Source: Mobula hypostoma (lineage: Eukaryota). From it: a stretch of 64,000 nucleotides of DNA. Positions within the stretch are counted from its first letter, which is position 1. Each line of letters starts with the position of its first letter. The DNA lies in contig NC_086108.1 of assembly GCF_963921235.1 (NCBI RefSeq), forward strand, positions 99,636,001 through 99,700,000. The letters are read 5' to 3'. The notes under the pieces are model-generated. The model saw nothing but the letters and a program-made list of their open reading frames with translations. It ran no database searches and was not told the origin of the DNA. This document shows positions 51,677 through 63,369 of this stretch, in pieces. Position numbers and translations under genes: made by a program.

Positions 51677-53378
51677 GCAAACACGAGAAAATCTGCAGAT
51701 GCTGGAAATTTGAGCAACACACACAAAATGCTGGTGGAATGCAGCAGGCCAGGCAGCATCTATAGGAAGAGGTACAGTCGACGTTTCGGGCTGAGACCCT
51801 TTGTCAGGACTAACTGAAAGAAGAGCTAGTAAGAGATTTGAAAGTGAGAGGGGGAGGGGGAGATCTGAAATGATAGGAGAAGACAGGAGGGGAAGGGAAG
51901 AAGCTAAGAGCTGGAAAGTTGATTGGCAAAAGGGATACAGAGTTGGAGAAGGGGGAGGATCATAGAATAAGAGGCCTAGGGAGAAAGAAGGGGGGAGGGG
52001 AGCCCAGAGTAAGATGGAGAGCAGGCAAGGAGTGATTGTGAGAGGGACAAAGAAAGAAGAAAAAAAAGAAGAAAGGGGAGGAATAGAAATAAATAAGGGA
52101 TGGGGTAAGAAGGGGAGGAAGGGCATGAACAGAAGTTAGAGAAATCAATGTTCATGCCATCAAGTTGGAGCCTAACCAGATGGAATATAATATGTTGTTC
52201 CTCCAGCCTGAGTGTGGCTTCATCCTTACAGTAGAGGAGGCCGTGGATAGACATATCAGAATGGGAATGGGACGCGGAATTAAAATGTGTGGCCACCGGG
52301 AGATCCTGCTTTCTCTGGTGGACAGAGCGTAGATGTTCAGCGAAACGATCTCCCAGTCTGCGTCGGGTCTCGCCAATATATAGAAGGTCACACCGGGAGC
52401 CCCGGATGCAGTATATCACCCCAGCCGACTCACAGCTGAAGTATCATCTCACCTGGAAGGACTGTCTGGGGCCCTGAATGGTGGTGAGAGAGGAAGTGTA
52501 AGGGCATGTGTAGCACTTGTTCCACTTACAAGGATAAGTGCCGGGAGGGAGATCGGTGGGAAGGGATGGGGGGGACAAATGGACAAGGGAGTCGTGTAGG
52601 GAACAATCCCTGCGGAAAGCAGAAAGGGGGTGGGGGAGGAAAGATGTGCTTAGTGGTGGGATTTTGTTAGAGGTGGCGGAAGTTACGGAGAATTACATGT
52701 TGGACACGGAGGCTGGTGGGGTGGTAGGTGAGGACAAGGGGAACCCTATCCCTAGTGGAGTGGCAGGAGGATGGGGTGACAGCAGATGTGCATGAAATGG
52801 GAGAGATGCGCTTGAGAGCAGAGTTGATGGTGGAAGAAGGGAAGCCCCTTTCTTTAAAAAAGGAGGACATCCCCTTCGTCCTGGAATGAAAAGCCTCATC
52901 CTGAGAGCAGATGCAGTGGAGACGGAGGAATTATGAGAAGGGGATGGCATTTTTGCAAGAGACAGGGTGGGAAAAGGAATAGTCCAGGTAGCTGTGAGAG
53001 TCCATAGGCTCATAGTAGACATCAGTAGACAAGCTGTCTCCAGAGATACAGGCAGAAAGATCTAGAAAGAGGAGGGAGGTGTCGGAAATGGACAAGGTAA
53101 ATTTGAGGGCAGGGTGAAAGTTGGAGGCAAAGTTAATGAAGTCAACGAGCGTGCAGGAAGCAGCGCCAATGCAGTTGTCGATGTAGCAAAGGAAAAGTGG
53201 GGGACGGATACCAGTATAGGCTTGGAACATGGACTGTTCCACAAAGCCAACAAAAAGGCAGGCATAGCTGGTGCCCATACGGGTGCCCATGGCTACACCT
53301 ATAGTTTGGAGGATGTGGGAGGAGCCAAAGGAAAAATGTTTAAGAGTAAGGACTAATTCTGCTAGATGGAGGAGAGTA
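51677..53378 (-). mobile_element. Penelope-like element, 5'-truncated: RT C-terminal half, GIY-YIG endonuclease, terminal repeat
   Basis: MGTRMGTSYACLFVG..LFLCYIDNCIG (PLE RT; YIDD-like), FLDL, SYLDYS.SHP..CKNAIPFS, and IYCIRGSRCDLLYIGETRRRLGDRFAEHLRSV (GIY-YIG); frameshifted. Confidence 0.93.
51776..51811 (-). ncRNA. Minimal type-I hammerhead ribozyme-like motif in the PLE terminal repeat
   Basis: Minus strand AGTC-CTGACAA-AGGGTCTCAGCCC-GAAA-CGTC-GACT: stem I AGTC/GACT, core CUGANGA with one change (G8>A), stem II GGG/CCC, GAAA, palindromic ACGU stem III, GUC cleavage triplet. Confidence 0.75.
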
Positions 53379-54451
53379 ACTATTGAGTCCAGGAGGAGGA
53401 AACAGGAGGTCTATGAGCCAGTCCTCATTGGACAATCAGAGGTAGACAGGATCAGCAACATTGAATTCCTCAGTGTTATCATTTCAAAGGACCTGTCCTG
53501 GGCCCAGCACATAAGTGCAATTATGAAGAAAGCACGCCAATGCCTCTACTTCCTTAGGAGTTTGTGATGATTTGGCATGACATCCAAAACCTTGACAAAT
53601 TTCTGTAGACATGGGGTGAAGAGTATGTTGTCTGGCTGCATCACAGCCTGGTATAGAAACATCAATACCCTTGAATGGAATATCCTCCAAAAAGTCGTGG
53701 ATACGCCCCCGTCCACTGGTAAATCTCTCCTCTTCATTATGCACATCTACACAGAGCCCTGTCACGGGAAAGCAGCATCCATCATCAATGACCCTCACCG
53801 TCATCTCTTCTCACTGCTGCCATCAGGGAGAAGGTACAGGAGCCTCAGAATTCACACCACTAGGTTCAGGAACAGCTATTGCCCCTCAACCATCAGGCTC
53901 TTGAGCCAAAAGGGGTAAGTTTACTCAACTTCACTTGCCCCATCACTGAACTGTTCCCATAATCTAAGGACTCATTTTCAAGGACACTTCATCTCATGTT
54001 CTCAATATTGATTGCTTATTTATTTATTATTATTGTTGTTTTTTTTTCAACTTAAACTGGTAAAACCTGAGGTACGGGCATAGCCAAGCACACTCATTTC
54101 TCAATTGTTAGGAATTCTAGACTATTTTAGTGGTGTTTAGTATTGTGGCTTTATGGAGATTTACATAAATATTGCCGTGTAGGCTTAATTGTTTAATGTT
54201 ATTGTACATCCCTATTTGGATAAAATAGAGTCTTTTAAGAACCTCTTAGGTAGGTACATGGAGCTTAAAAAAATAGAAGTCTAGGCCCTAGGGAAATTCT
54301 AGGCTGTTTCTAGAGTAGGTTATATGGTCAACACAACATTGTGGGCCGAAGGGCCTGTAATTTGCTGTAGATTTCTATGTTCTACGTAGTGACTTCAAGA
54401 TGATACCAGTTGTAGATATTACAATTGAGACAAGGAATACCCTGTTCATTA

Positions 54452-55218
54452 GAATCAGAATCAGGTTTATTATCACTGGCCTGTCTCATGAATTTTGTTA
54501 AGTTTTTAGTAGCAGTTCAATGCAATATATAATATAGAAAAATAATAATATTTAATAAATAAGTAAATCAATTACAGTATATGCATATTGGAGATTAAAA
54601 ATCGCACAAACCCAGAAATAATATATATTGAAAAAGTGAGGTAGTCACTTTTACGGGTTCAATGTCCATTTAGGAATCGGGTGGCAGAGGGGAAGAAGCT
54701 GTTCCTGAATCACTGAGTGTGTGCCTTCAGGTTTCTGTACCTCCTACCTGATGGCAACAGTGAGAAAATGGCATGCCCTGGGTGCTGGGGTTTTTAATAA
54801 TGGACGTTGCCTTTCTGAGCCACTGTCCCTTGAATATGTCCTGGGTCCTTTTTGGCTAGTTCCCAAGATGGAGCCAACTAAATTTATGACCCTCTGCAGC
54901 TTCTTTCAGTCCTCTGCAGTAGCACCCACCCCCCTGCCCCATACCAGACAGTGATGCAGCCTGTCAGAATGCTCTCCATGATACATCTATAGAAGTTTTT
55001 GGGTGTTTTTGTTGACATACCAAATCTCTTCAAGCTCCTAATGAAGTATAGAAGCTGTCTTGTCTTTTTTGGAGCAGCATCAATATGTTGGGACCAGGTT
55101 AGGTTCTCAGAGATCCTAATATCCAGGAACCCGAAACTGCTCACTCTCTCCACTTCTGAACCTTCTATGAGGATTGGTATGTGTTCCTTCATTTTACCCT
55201 CCCTGAAGCCCACAATCA
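54452..55218 (-). mobile_element. Rex1/Babar LINE 3' part
   Basis: ORF 54884-55219 (IVGFREGK..GSEVERVSSF.FL..ISENLTWSQH); (ATTCTG)n tail. Confidence 0.85.
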
Positions 55219-55219
55219 A

Positions 55220-55561
55220 AATGTTCCATAGTCTTTCAATTTCCTCTTTTGATTCAGCACAATTCTGAAGTTTTGCATTGATTTCTGTAAGTTATGTGTG
55301 TGCGGAATTTGTATTTTAAGCAAGATATTTCTGAATGATGTTTGTTAGTTGTATGTGCCTGCGTAAGCAATCAGATCGAGTTAAGCAGTTGCAGGATCCT
55401 GTATGTGTTGAATTGTTTCTGGCTTCTCTTGGCATTGTCTGCATTTATCTTTTTGAATTTGTTGATACTTTTTGTGTGTTTTTGATAAGTTTTTGTGTTG
55501 CTTACCTGGTCCTTTATTGCCACAGGGAAACTTTCTGTTTCTGGGAACAGGTCTCCAATTC

Positions 55562-55562
<1 letters not shown>
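55220..55562 (-). mobile_element. R4/Dong/Rex6-clade (RLE-type) non-LTR remnant
   Basis: GDLFPETESFPVAIKDQVSNTKTYQKH in ORF 55371-55637, then by manual translation across frameshifts IQHI.GSCNCLTRSDCLRRH and ESKEEIERLWN, resembling the zinc-knuckle/RLE region. Confidence 0.7.

Positions 55563-55593
<31 letters not shown>
55562..55593. repeat. (ATT)n microsatellite
   Basis: About ten TAT units. Confidence 0.95.
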
Positions 55594-55596
<3 letters not shown>

Positions 55597-56744
55597 CTTT
55601 CTTTTTGTATTTGCACAGTTTGCTGTCTTTTGCACACTAGATGTCTGCCTTGTTGAAGGAGTCTTTCACTGAATCTATAATAGCTATTGGACTTATTGAG
55701 AATGCCTGAAAGAAAATGAATCTCAGGTTTGGATATGGTGATATAAATATATATATATATATATATATACTTTGATAATAAATTTACTTTGAACTTTTAA
55801 ATTTTGATCAGAGTGCCCATAACGTGGGTTCAATTCCCACCACTGACTGTCTGAAAGGAGTTTATACATTCTCTCTCAATGGTTTAGGAACAGTTTCTTC
55901 CCATCTTCCAAAGACGTCTGGCATTGTAGGTTAACTGGCCATATGGGTATAAGTGAGTGGTGCAGACTCAATTGGCCAGAAGGGCCTGTTACCATGCTAT
56001 CTCTCCAAGGAACTAAATAAATATGATCTCTTCCCAGTTTCCAGAAACTCCATGGCCATGGAAGGTGTTCCTCCTGGGAACTTGTCAGTCCTGATGAAGG
56101 GTCACAGCTCAACACATTGACTGTTTATTCCCCTTCATAAAAGGATGTGCACCTGGGAGAACAGAGGATGGAATCTGCACTGATCCAGTATTATGCCACC
56201 TAGCATCTCTACAGACCATGCACACCTGACTATCAAAATGAAGGAACATTTATCGCATTGGCATGGGAGACCAGTTGCAAGGAGCCTGCAACTATTTTTT
56301 CTATGGACGGATGGGATTGCTAACATCAGCCCTCCCCTTCCTTCCAACTCGGCTTAGAGAACGTATTCAGTGCCAATGAATTTTGCTTGCACAAGATGGA
56401 TTGAACAGATGTCTTGGTGTTAGGCAGGGCCAGCGCTTGCTCTTTACGCCTTGGAAAGCAATAGTTGTATGGCAAAGCTGTCCAAATTCCTCACACTGCT
56501 GGACTGTTCAAACTGAAGGGCATCACTGGTATCACAGACTAGACCATCTGGGTAGCAGTTGCTGCTGCTCCATTGACAGTTCCATCTGGTTCTTGATACT
56601 GGCTACATTGACACTTCTACAATGGTCTCCACACATTCAACATGTACGTCTCCCCATATGTATCTGTTAACAGCACAGAGTCCTGCAAGGAGCTAGCCTG
56701 CTCAGGAGCCACCTGCTGACAGTTTGTTCATTCACTCTGTGCTC

Positions 56745-57105
56745 TCTTGTAGGACGTGAGTGATCATGGTCTTTCCGTGATCGTGATTGTTCTTGACAAA
56801 TTTTTCTCCAGAAATGGCTTGAGCCATTGCCTTCTTCTGGAGGGTCTTTGCAAGACAGGTAAACACGGTCATTATCAATACTATTCAGAGATTGTCTGCC
56901 TGGCGTCTGTGGTCGCACAACCAGGACTTGTGATATGCACCGGCTTATTGTACGACCATCCACCACCTGCTTCCATGTCTTCACGTGACCCGTGTTGGGG
57001 AGGGGGGAGGGGTGGTGGCTAAGCAGGTGCTACACCTTGCCCAAGGGTGACCTGCAGGATAGTAAAGGCAAGGAGCACCTTGCACCTCCTTTGATTGAGG
57101 GGCAT
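56745..57105 (-). mobile_element. SINE-like element with RTE-type tail
   Basis: Reverse-complement similarity to 41270-41645. Confidence 0.7.
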
Positions 57106-58368
57106 GGCCATCCCGTCTTCCAAACTGTCAGCAGTGGCATTGGTGTTGGTTTATTATTGTCTCATATAGTGGAACACTTGTCTTGCATACTGCTTGTACA
57201 GATCAAATCATTACACAGTACGTTGAGCTAGAACAAGGTAAAGCAATAACAATGCACGGTATCGTGCGAAAGATACCGGAGAATGCATCGGAGGTAAACA
57301 ATGAGGTGCAAGATCATAGTAATTTAGATTGTGTGGTCAGGTGTCCTGAACCAGCATGGATAACTTCGCTCACCTCCACACTGGACTGATTCCACAACCT
57401 ATGGACTCACTTTCAAGGAATCTACAACTCATGTTCTCAGTATTATTTTTTTATTTGTTTGTTTGTTTATTTATTTATTTATGTGCACAGTTTGTCTTCT
57501 TTGGCACGTTGGTTATTTATCAGTCTTTGTGTGTAGTTTTTCACTGATTCCATTGTATTTATTTGTTCTACTGTGAACGTCTGCAGAAGAATGATTCTCA
57601 GGGTGCTATATGTACTTTGATAATAACTTCACTTTGAACTTTGATTTCATTGTAAGAGAGGTCCATTCGAGAGTCTGACAACAGTCTGATATCCCTGAGC
57701 CTGTGTTTTCAGACTTTTGCATCTTCTGCCTGTTGGGAGGGGAAAAGACAGAATGTCCAGCTTGGGAGGAGTCTTTGGTCATGCTCTCTGCTTTACTGAG
57801 ACAGTGGGATGTATGGACAGAATCCAAGAAGGGGACGTTTGTTCCTGTGAGTTGAGCTGTACCTACAACTCTCTGTAGTTACTTGTGGCCATGTACTGTT
57901 TCAGGCCCCTAAGAAACGGTTTACTATGGCACAGTGAAATGATTTTATAGGTATTGACTCTCATCGAGTTAAGAATGCCCAAATTGTGGACACCCCTGCA
58001 TATGAGAGTAATACCATAATAATATTAAATTGAAAAGTATTATGCTCATACATATGTTTGTTCATACAGTCAGTAGAATGAGGTTCTTCACTCTCTCCAC
58101 TTTTAGCAATAGTTCTTTCGTAATACATATAAGTTATCCATGATGGTTCAGGACACTTGACCACACAATCTAACTTTTTTCATATACAGTGGGCAGTGTT
58201 TGGAGTGGGCAGTGGAGTGAGAGGGTAGCAGAGTGAGAGGACTTTGGTTCAAATGGGGCTTCAGTGAAGAACTGATTCGCAGAGACTCACACATAACAGT
58301 CTTCGACGTCCCCAGCGGGCTCTTCCCTTTGTACCCATGGTCCTTCCGCTAACATCCATTGCTCTGAC

Positions 58369-59664
58369 ATGGCAGGTGAGCTCAGACCCGTGCCATGCTC
58401 CTCCTGTGCCATGTGGGAACTCAGGGAGGCTGACTGTGTCCCTGAAGACTACGTGTGCAGGAAGTGTGTCCAGCTGCAGCTCCTGATAGACCGCATGACA
58501 GCACTGGAGCTGCGCACGGACTCACTTTGGAGCATCCGAGATGCTGAGAATGTTGTGGATAGCACATTGAGTGAGTTGGTCACACCGCAGTTTAAAGATC
58601 TAAGGAAAGATAGGGAATGGATCACCAACAGGAAGAGTAGTTGCAAGAAGGTAGTACAGGAGTCTCCTGTGGTCATCTCCCTCCAAAACAGATATACCGC
58701 TTTGTCATCCGCAAACTTGGAGATGCTGCATTTAGTTCCCTCATCCAAGTCATTAATATATATTGTAAACAACTGGGGTCCCAGCACTGAGCCTTGCGGT
58801 ACCCCACTAGTCACCGCCTGCCATTCTGAAAAGGTCCCGTTTATTCCCACTCTTTGCTTCCTGTCTGCTAACGAATTCTCCACCCACACCAATACCTTAC
58901 CCCCAATACCATGTGCTTTAAGTTTGCACACTAATCTCCTGTGTGGGACCTTGTCAAAAGCCTTTTGAAAATCCAAATATACCACATCCACTGGTTCTCC
59001 CCTATCCACTCTACTAGTTACATCCTCAAAAAATTCTATGAGATTCATCAGACATGATTTTCCTTTCACAAATCCATGCTGACTTTGTCCGATCATTTCA
59101 CCGCTTTCCAAATGTGCTGTTATCACATCCTTGATAACTGACTCCAGCAGTTTCCCCACCACCGACGTTAGGCTAACCGGTCTATAATTCCCCGGTTTCG
59201 CTCTCCCTCCTTTTTTAAAAAGTGGGGTTACGGTGTGTTGCCTCCTGGGTACAAGGGTCAGAGATGGCTTGGAGAGGCTGCAGGGCATTCTGAAAGGGGA
59301 GGGTGAGCAGCCAGCTGTCGTGGTGCATGTAGGTACTAACAATACAGGAGGAAAGCGGGATGAAGTCCCACAAGCTGAATTTAGGGAGCTAGGCGATAAA
59401 TTAAAGAGTAGGACCTCAAAGGTCGTCATCTCAGGATTATTACCGGTGCCATGTGCTAGCCAGAGTTGGAATAGCAGGATAGCTAGGATGAATATGTGGC
59501 TTGGGCGGTGGTACAGGAGGGAGGGTTTCAGATTCTTGGGGCATTGAAACCGCTCCTGGGGGAGGTGGGACCAGTACCGTCCAGATGGTCTACATCTGGG
59601 CAGGGCCGGGATCAATGTTCTAGGGAGATTGTTTGCTAGTGCTGCTGGGGAGGCTTTAAACTAA
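58369..59664 (+). pseudogene. CR1 ORF1: zinc finger, leucine zipper and SGNH-type esterase; disrupted
   Basis: CSSC..CRKC followed by [13 protein letters not shown] heptads; [16 protein letters not shown] and DGLHL esterase blocks; the GDS block is missing. Confidence 0.88.
58702..59232 (-). mobile_element. Internal CR1 RT fragment in inverted orientation inside ORF1
   Basis: Uninterrupted [44 protein letters not shown], with no LINE 3' end. Confidence 0.92.
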
Positions 59665-62600
59665 TATGGCGGGGGGGATGGGAACCCACACAGAAAAGAA
59701 GAGGAAAGTGATGCAGAGACCAAAGCTAGAGTTAGTGAAGAAAAAAGTAAGCGTAGAGTGCATAAAAGTAAAAAGCAAAAATCGCATAGGTCACTAGATT
59801 CTAAAAGGGCAATGAGCACTTCATCTAAATGCCCGTAGTAATAGAAACAAGGCTGGTGAACTTGTGGCACAGATCAGTACCAAGGCATATGATTTAGTGG
59901 CCATTACAGAAACCTGGTTGCATGGAATTAAATATCCAAGGGTATCAGGTAATACGGAAAGATAGGCAGGAAGGCAGAGGAGGTTGGGTGGTGCTCTTGA
60001 TTAGGGACGAGATCAGAGTGATTGTGAGAGACGGTATAAGATCTACGGAGCAGAATGTTGAGTCCCTCTGGCTAGAGATTAAGAACAATAAAGGAAAAAA
60101 ATCACTGGTAGGTGTTGTCTATAGGCCACCTAATAAAAATATTGCAGTGGCAGAGGCAATTAACCAAGAAATTACTGAGGCTTGTAAGAATGGAACGGCA
60201 GTTGTCATGGGGAATTTTAACTTCCACGTAGATTGGGTGAATTGGGTTGGTCAAGGAAATCTTGAGGAGGACTTCATAGAATGAATCCATGATGGCTTTC
60301 TTGAACAGCATGTTAGTGAACCTACAAGGGAAAATACTATATTAGTTCTAGTCCTGTGCAATGAGACAACAAGATTAACTATCTTGTAGTCAGGGATCCT
60401 CTTGGAAAGAGTGATCATAGTATGATTGAATTTCACATACAGATGGAGGATGAAATAGTTGGATCGAAAACTAGTGTATTATGCTTGAACAAGGGAGACT
60501 ACAATGGAATGAGGGAGAAGCTGGCTAATGTGGACTGGGAGCACAGGCTATTTGGTAGGACAGCTAAGGAACAGTGGAATACTTTCAAAAAGATTCTTCA
60601 CAGTGCTCAATCAAAGTATATTCCAGTCAAAAGTAAGGACAGTGAGTGTGGGGAGAGCCGGCCTTGTATAACTAAGGAAATAAAAGATAGTATCAAATTA
60701 AAAGCTCATGTGTACAAAGTCGCAAAGATTAGTGGGAGACTGGAGGATTGGGCAAACTTTAAAAGCAACAGAGAACAACTAAGCAAGAAATAAGGAAAGG
60801 GAAGATAGAGTATGAAAGTAAATTAGCACAAAATATAAAAACGGATAGCAAAAGTTTTTATAAATATATAAAGTGGAAGAGGGTGGCTAAAGTCACCGTA
60901 GGTCCCTTGGAAGATGAGAAGAGGAAATTGATATTGGGTGATAAGGAAATGGCTGAGGCACTGAACGACTATTTTGTGTCGGTCTTCACAGTGGAGGACA
61001 CGTCTAATATGCCAAAGATTGATGTTGTGGATGAAATGGGAGGTGAGGACCTCGATAAAATCACTGTCACTAAAGAGATAGTGATGAGCAAACTAGAGGG
61101 CCTGAAGGTAGATAAGTCCCCTGGTCCTGATGGGATGCATCCCAGGGTGCTGAAGGAATTGGCAGAGGTTACAGTAGACATGTTGGTAATCATTTACCAA
61201 AATTCTCTAGACTCTGGGCAGGTCTCGGCGGACTGGAAAACAGCAAAGGTCATGCCACTTTTTTTAAAAAGGATGTAGGTAAAAGACAGGCAACTCTAGG
61301 CCAGTTAGCTTAACATCTGTAGTTGGAAAAATGCTTGAAGCTGGCATTAAGGAAGAAATAGCAAAACACTTAGAAAGGAGTGGTTCCATTACACAGACGC
61401 AGCATGGATTCAGAAAGGGCAGGTCCTGTTTGACAAACTTACTGGAGCTCTTTAAGGACATAATGAGTGCAGTGGATAGAGGGGAACAGGTGGAATGTCA
61501 TATACTTGGATTTCCAGAAGGCGTTTGATAAGGTGCCGCACAAGAGACTTATAAGTAAGATACAGATGCATGGAGTCGGAGGAAATGTATTGGCATGGAT
61601 AGCGGATTGGTTAACTGATAGAAGGCAGAGAGTTGGTATGAATGGGTGTTTCTCTGGTTGGCAGTCGGTGGTGAGTGGGGTGCCACAGGGGTTGCTGCTG
61701 GGCCCGCAGCTATTTACCGTTTACATTGATGATTTGGAAGAGGAGACTGAGTGTAGCATAGCAAAATTTGCTGATGACACTAAACTGAGTGGAAGAGCAA
61801 ATTGTACAGAGGATGTGGAGAGTCTGCAGAGGGATATAGATAGGTTAAGTGAGTGAGCCAAGGTTTGGCAGATGGAATACAATGTTGGTAAATGTGAGAT
61901 ATTCTACTTTGGAAGGAATAATAGAAGAACAGATTATTATTTAAATGGTGAAAGATTGCAGCATGCTGTTGTGCAGAGGGACTTGGGAGCGCTTGCTCAT
62001 GAATCGCAAAAAATTGGCTTGCAGGTACAACTGGTTATTAAGAAGGCAAACGGAATGTTGGCCTTCATTTCTAGAGGGATTGAATTCAAGAGCAGGGAGG
62101 TCATGCTGCAACTATACAGGAGTACTGTGTGTAGTTCTGGTCTCCATACTTGAGGAAGGATATACTGGCTTTAGATGCAGTGCAGAGGAGGTTCACCAGG
62201 TTGATTCCAGGGACAAAGGGGTTAAGCTATGAGGAGTGATTGAATCGCCTGGAACTGTACTCTCTGGAGTTCAGAAGAATGAGAAACATCTTATAGAAAC
62301 ATACAAAAGTTTGAAAGGGATAGATAAGATAGAAGTAGGAAAGTTGTTTCCATTGGTAGGTGAGACTAGAACTAGGGGACATTGCCTCAAGATTCAGGGG
62401 ATAAGATTTAGGACGGAGATGAAGAGAAACTGATTTTCCCAGAAAGTGGTGAATCTGTGGAATTTTCTGCCCAGGGAAGCAGTTGAGCCTTCCTTACTAA
62501 ATATATTTAAGAAACAAATATGTTTTTACATAGTAAGGGAATTAAGGGTTATGGGAAAAAGGCAGGTAGATGTAGCTGAGTTTACAAACAGATCAGCCAT

Positions 62601-62754
62601 GATCTTATTGAATGGCGGGGCAGGCTCGATGGGCCGGATGGCCTACTGCTGCTCCTATTTCTTGTGTTCTTATGTTCTTATGTAATAGCCTTGTATGTTT
62701 TTGATGCCAGTCATTACAATACTTGGTGTTAAAATGGCTTTTGTGATACTTCTA

Positions 62755-63315
62755 GTGTGGTAGCTTAGTGAGTAGTGCTTGCTGCTCTCACCTTCAGCTT
62801 CCATCGCTAGCTCGCAGTCTTGCGAAAAGGAGAGCTGAATATGTAAGTTTTTCCCCTGTCGGTACTCACCCCTCCAACAGCAAGCCTCATGTAGTGCCTC
62901 CTTGCTGGTGACACACAGAAACTGAGTTCCTTTCGGGCTCAGGCTGATCTACAGAGGATGGGGAGGAGGTCTCACCACTGTACACTGGTGTATTGACACG
63001 CTCTGGTGCTCGTGAACTAGATCCTCAGCTATGGGTACATAGCCCCACTGCCTTGTGGGCAACTTTGGGAAAGATGAAGGCTCTGGGAGTAAACCCAGAC
63101 TGCAAATCTGGTGCCGAAGACGGCCGGACATCTTTCCAGCAGCTCCTGCAGACAAGCAGGTGCCAAATGTATTGCTTCATAAGCTTTCCTTTGGACCACA
63201 CTGGTGAGGCCAATAGGGGGATCTTGACAACTCTCAAGATCTCCATATCTTCTGCCCAGGCTTGTGCTGATGATCACCATCACCCATTGTCCTTTGAGAT
63301 AGACAGATGCCAACT
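62755..63315 (+). mobile_element. Unclassified non-coding repeat, possibly a non-autonomous RTE-type element
   Basis: GC/CpG-richer block; the GGCTCTGGGAGTAAACCC segment resembles RTE 5' regions from memory; no ORF homology. Confidence 0.35.
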
Positions 63316-63369
63316 GTTACAATAATGTTGAAGTCTGGTTAGCAGAATGAGTGATTTTTGTGTATTTTC

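Larger units (their letters stand above)
51420..54030 (+). mobile_element. Rex1/Babar LINE split by a PLE insertion
   Basis: KFADDTTVVG..KTKELIID before 51676; resumes near 53381 (RRRKQEVYEPVLIG..SKDLSWAQH); TATTGA on both sides of the insertion. Confidence 0.85.
58187..62682 (+). mobile_element. Full-length, decayed CR1 LINE (5' UTR, ORF1, ORF2, 3' tail)
   Basis: ORF1 from ATG 58369 to TAA near 59664; ORF2 EN (YRPP, GNFNF, SDH) and RT ([18 protein letters not shown]) in several frameshifted pieces; TTCTTATG repeat tail. Confidence 0.95.

Noticed and set aside
58449..59615. 388-aa minus-strand ORF as a novel RT gene
   Set aside because: It is antisense ORF1 fused to the inverted RT fragment and ends at the catalytic FADD, so it cannot be a complete RT
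62876..62945. Possible HDV-like ribozyme (CAGCAAG..CCTC..CTTGCTG followed by a hairpin)
   Set aside because: I could not build P2, P3 and P1.1; only simple hairpins are supported
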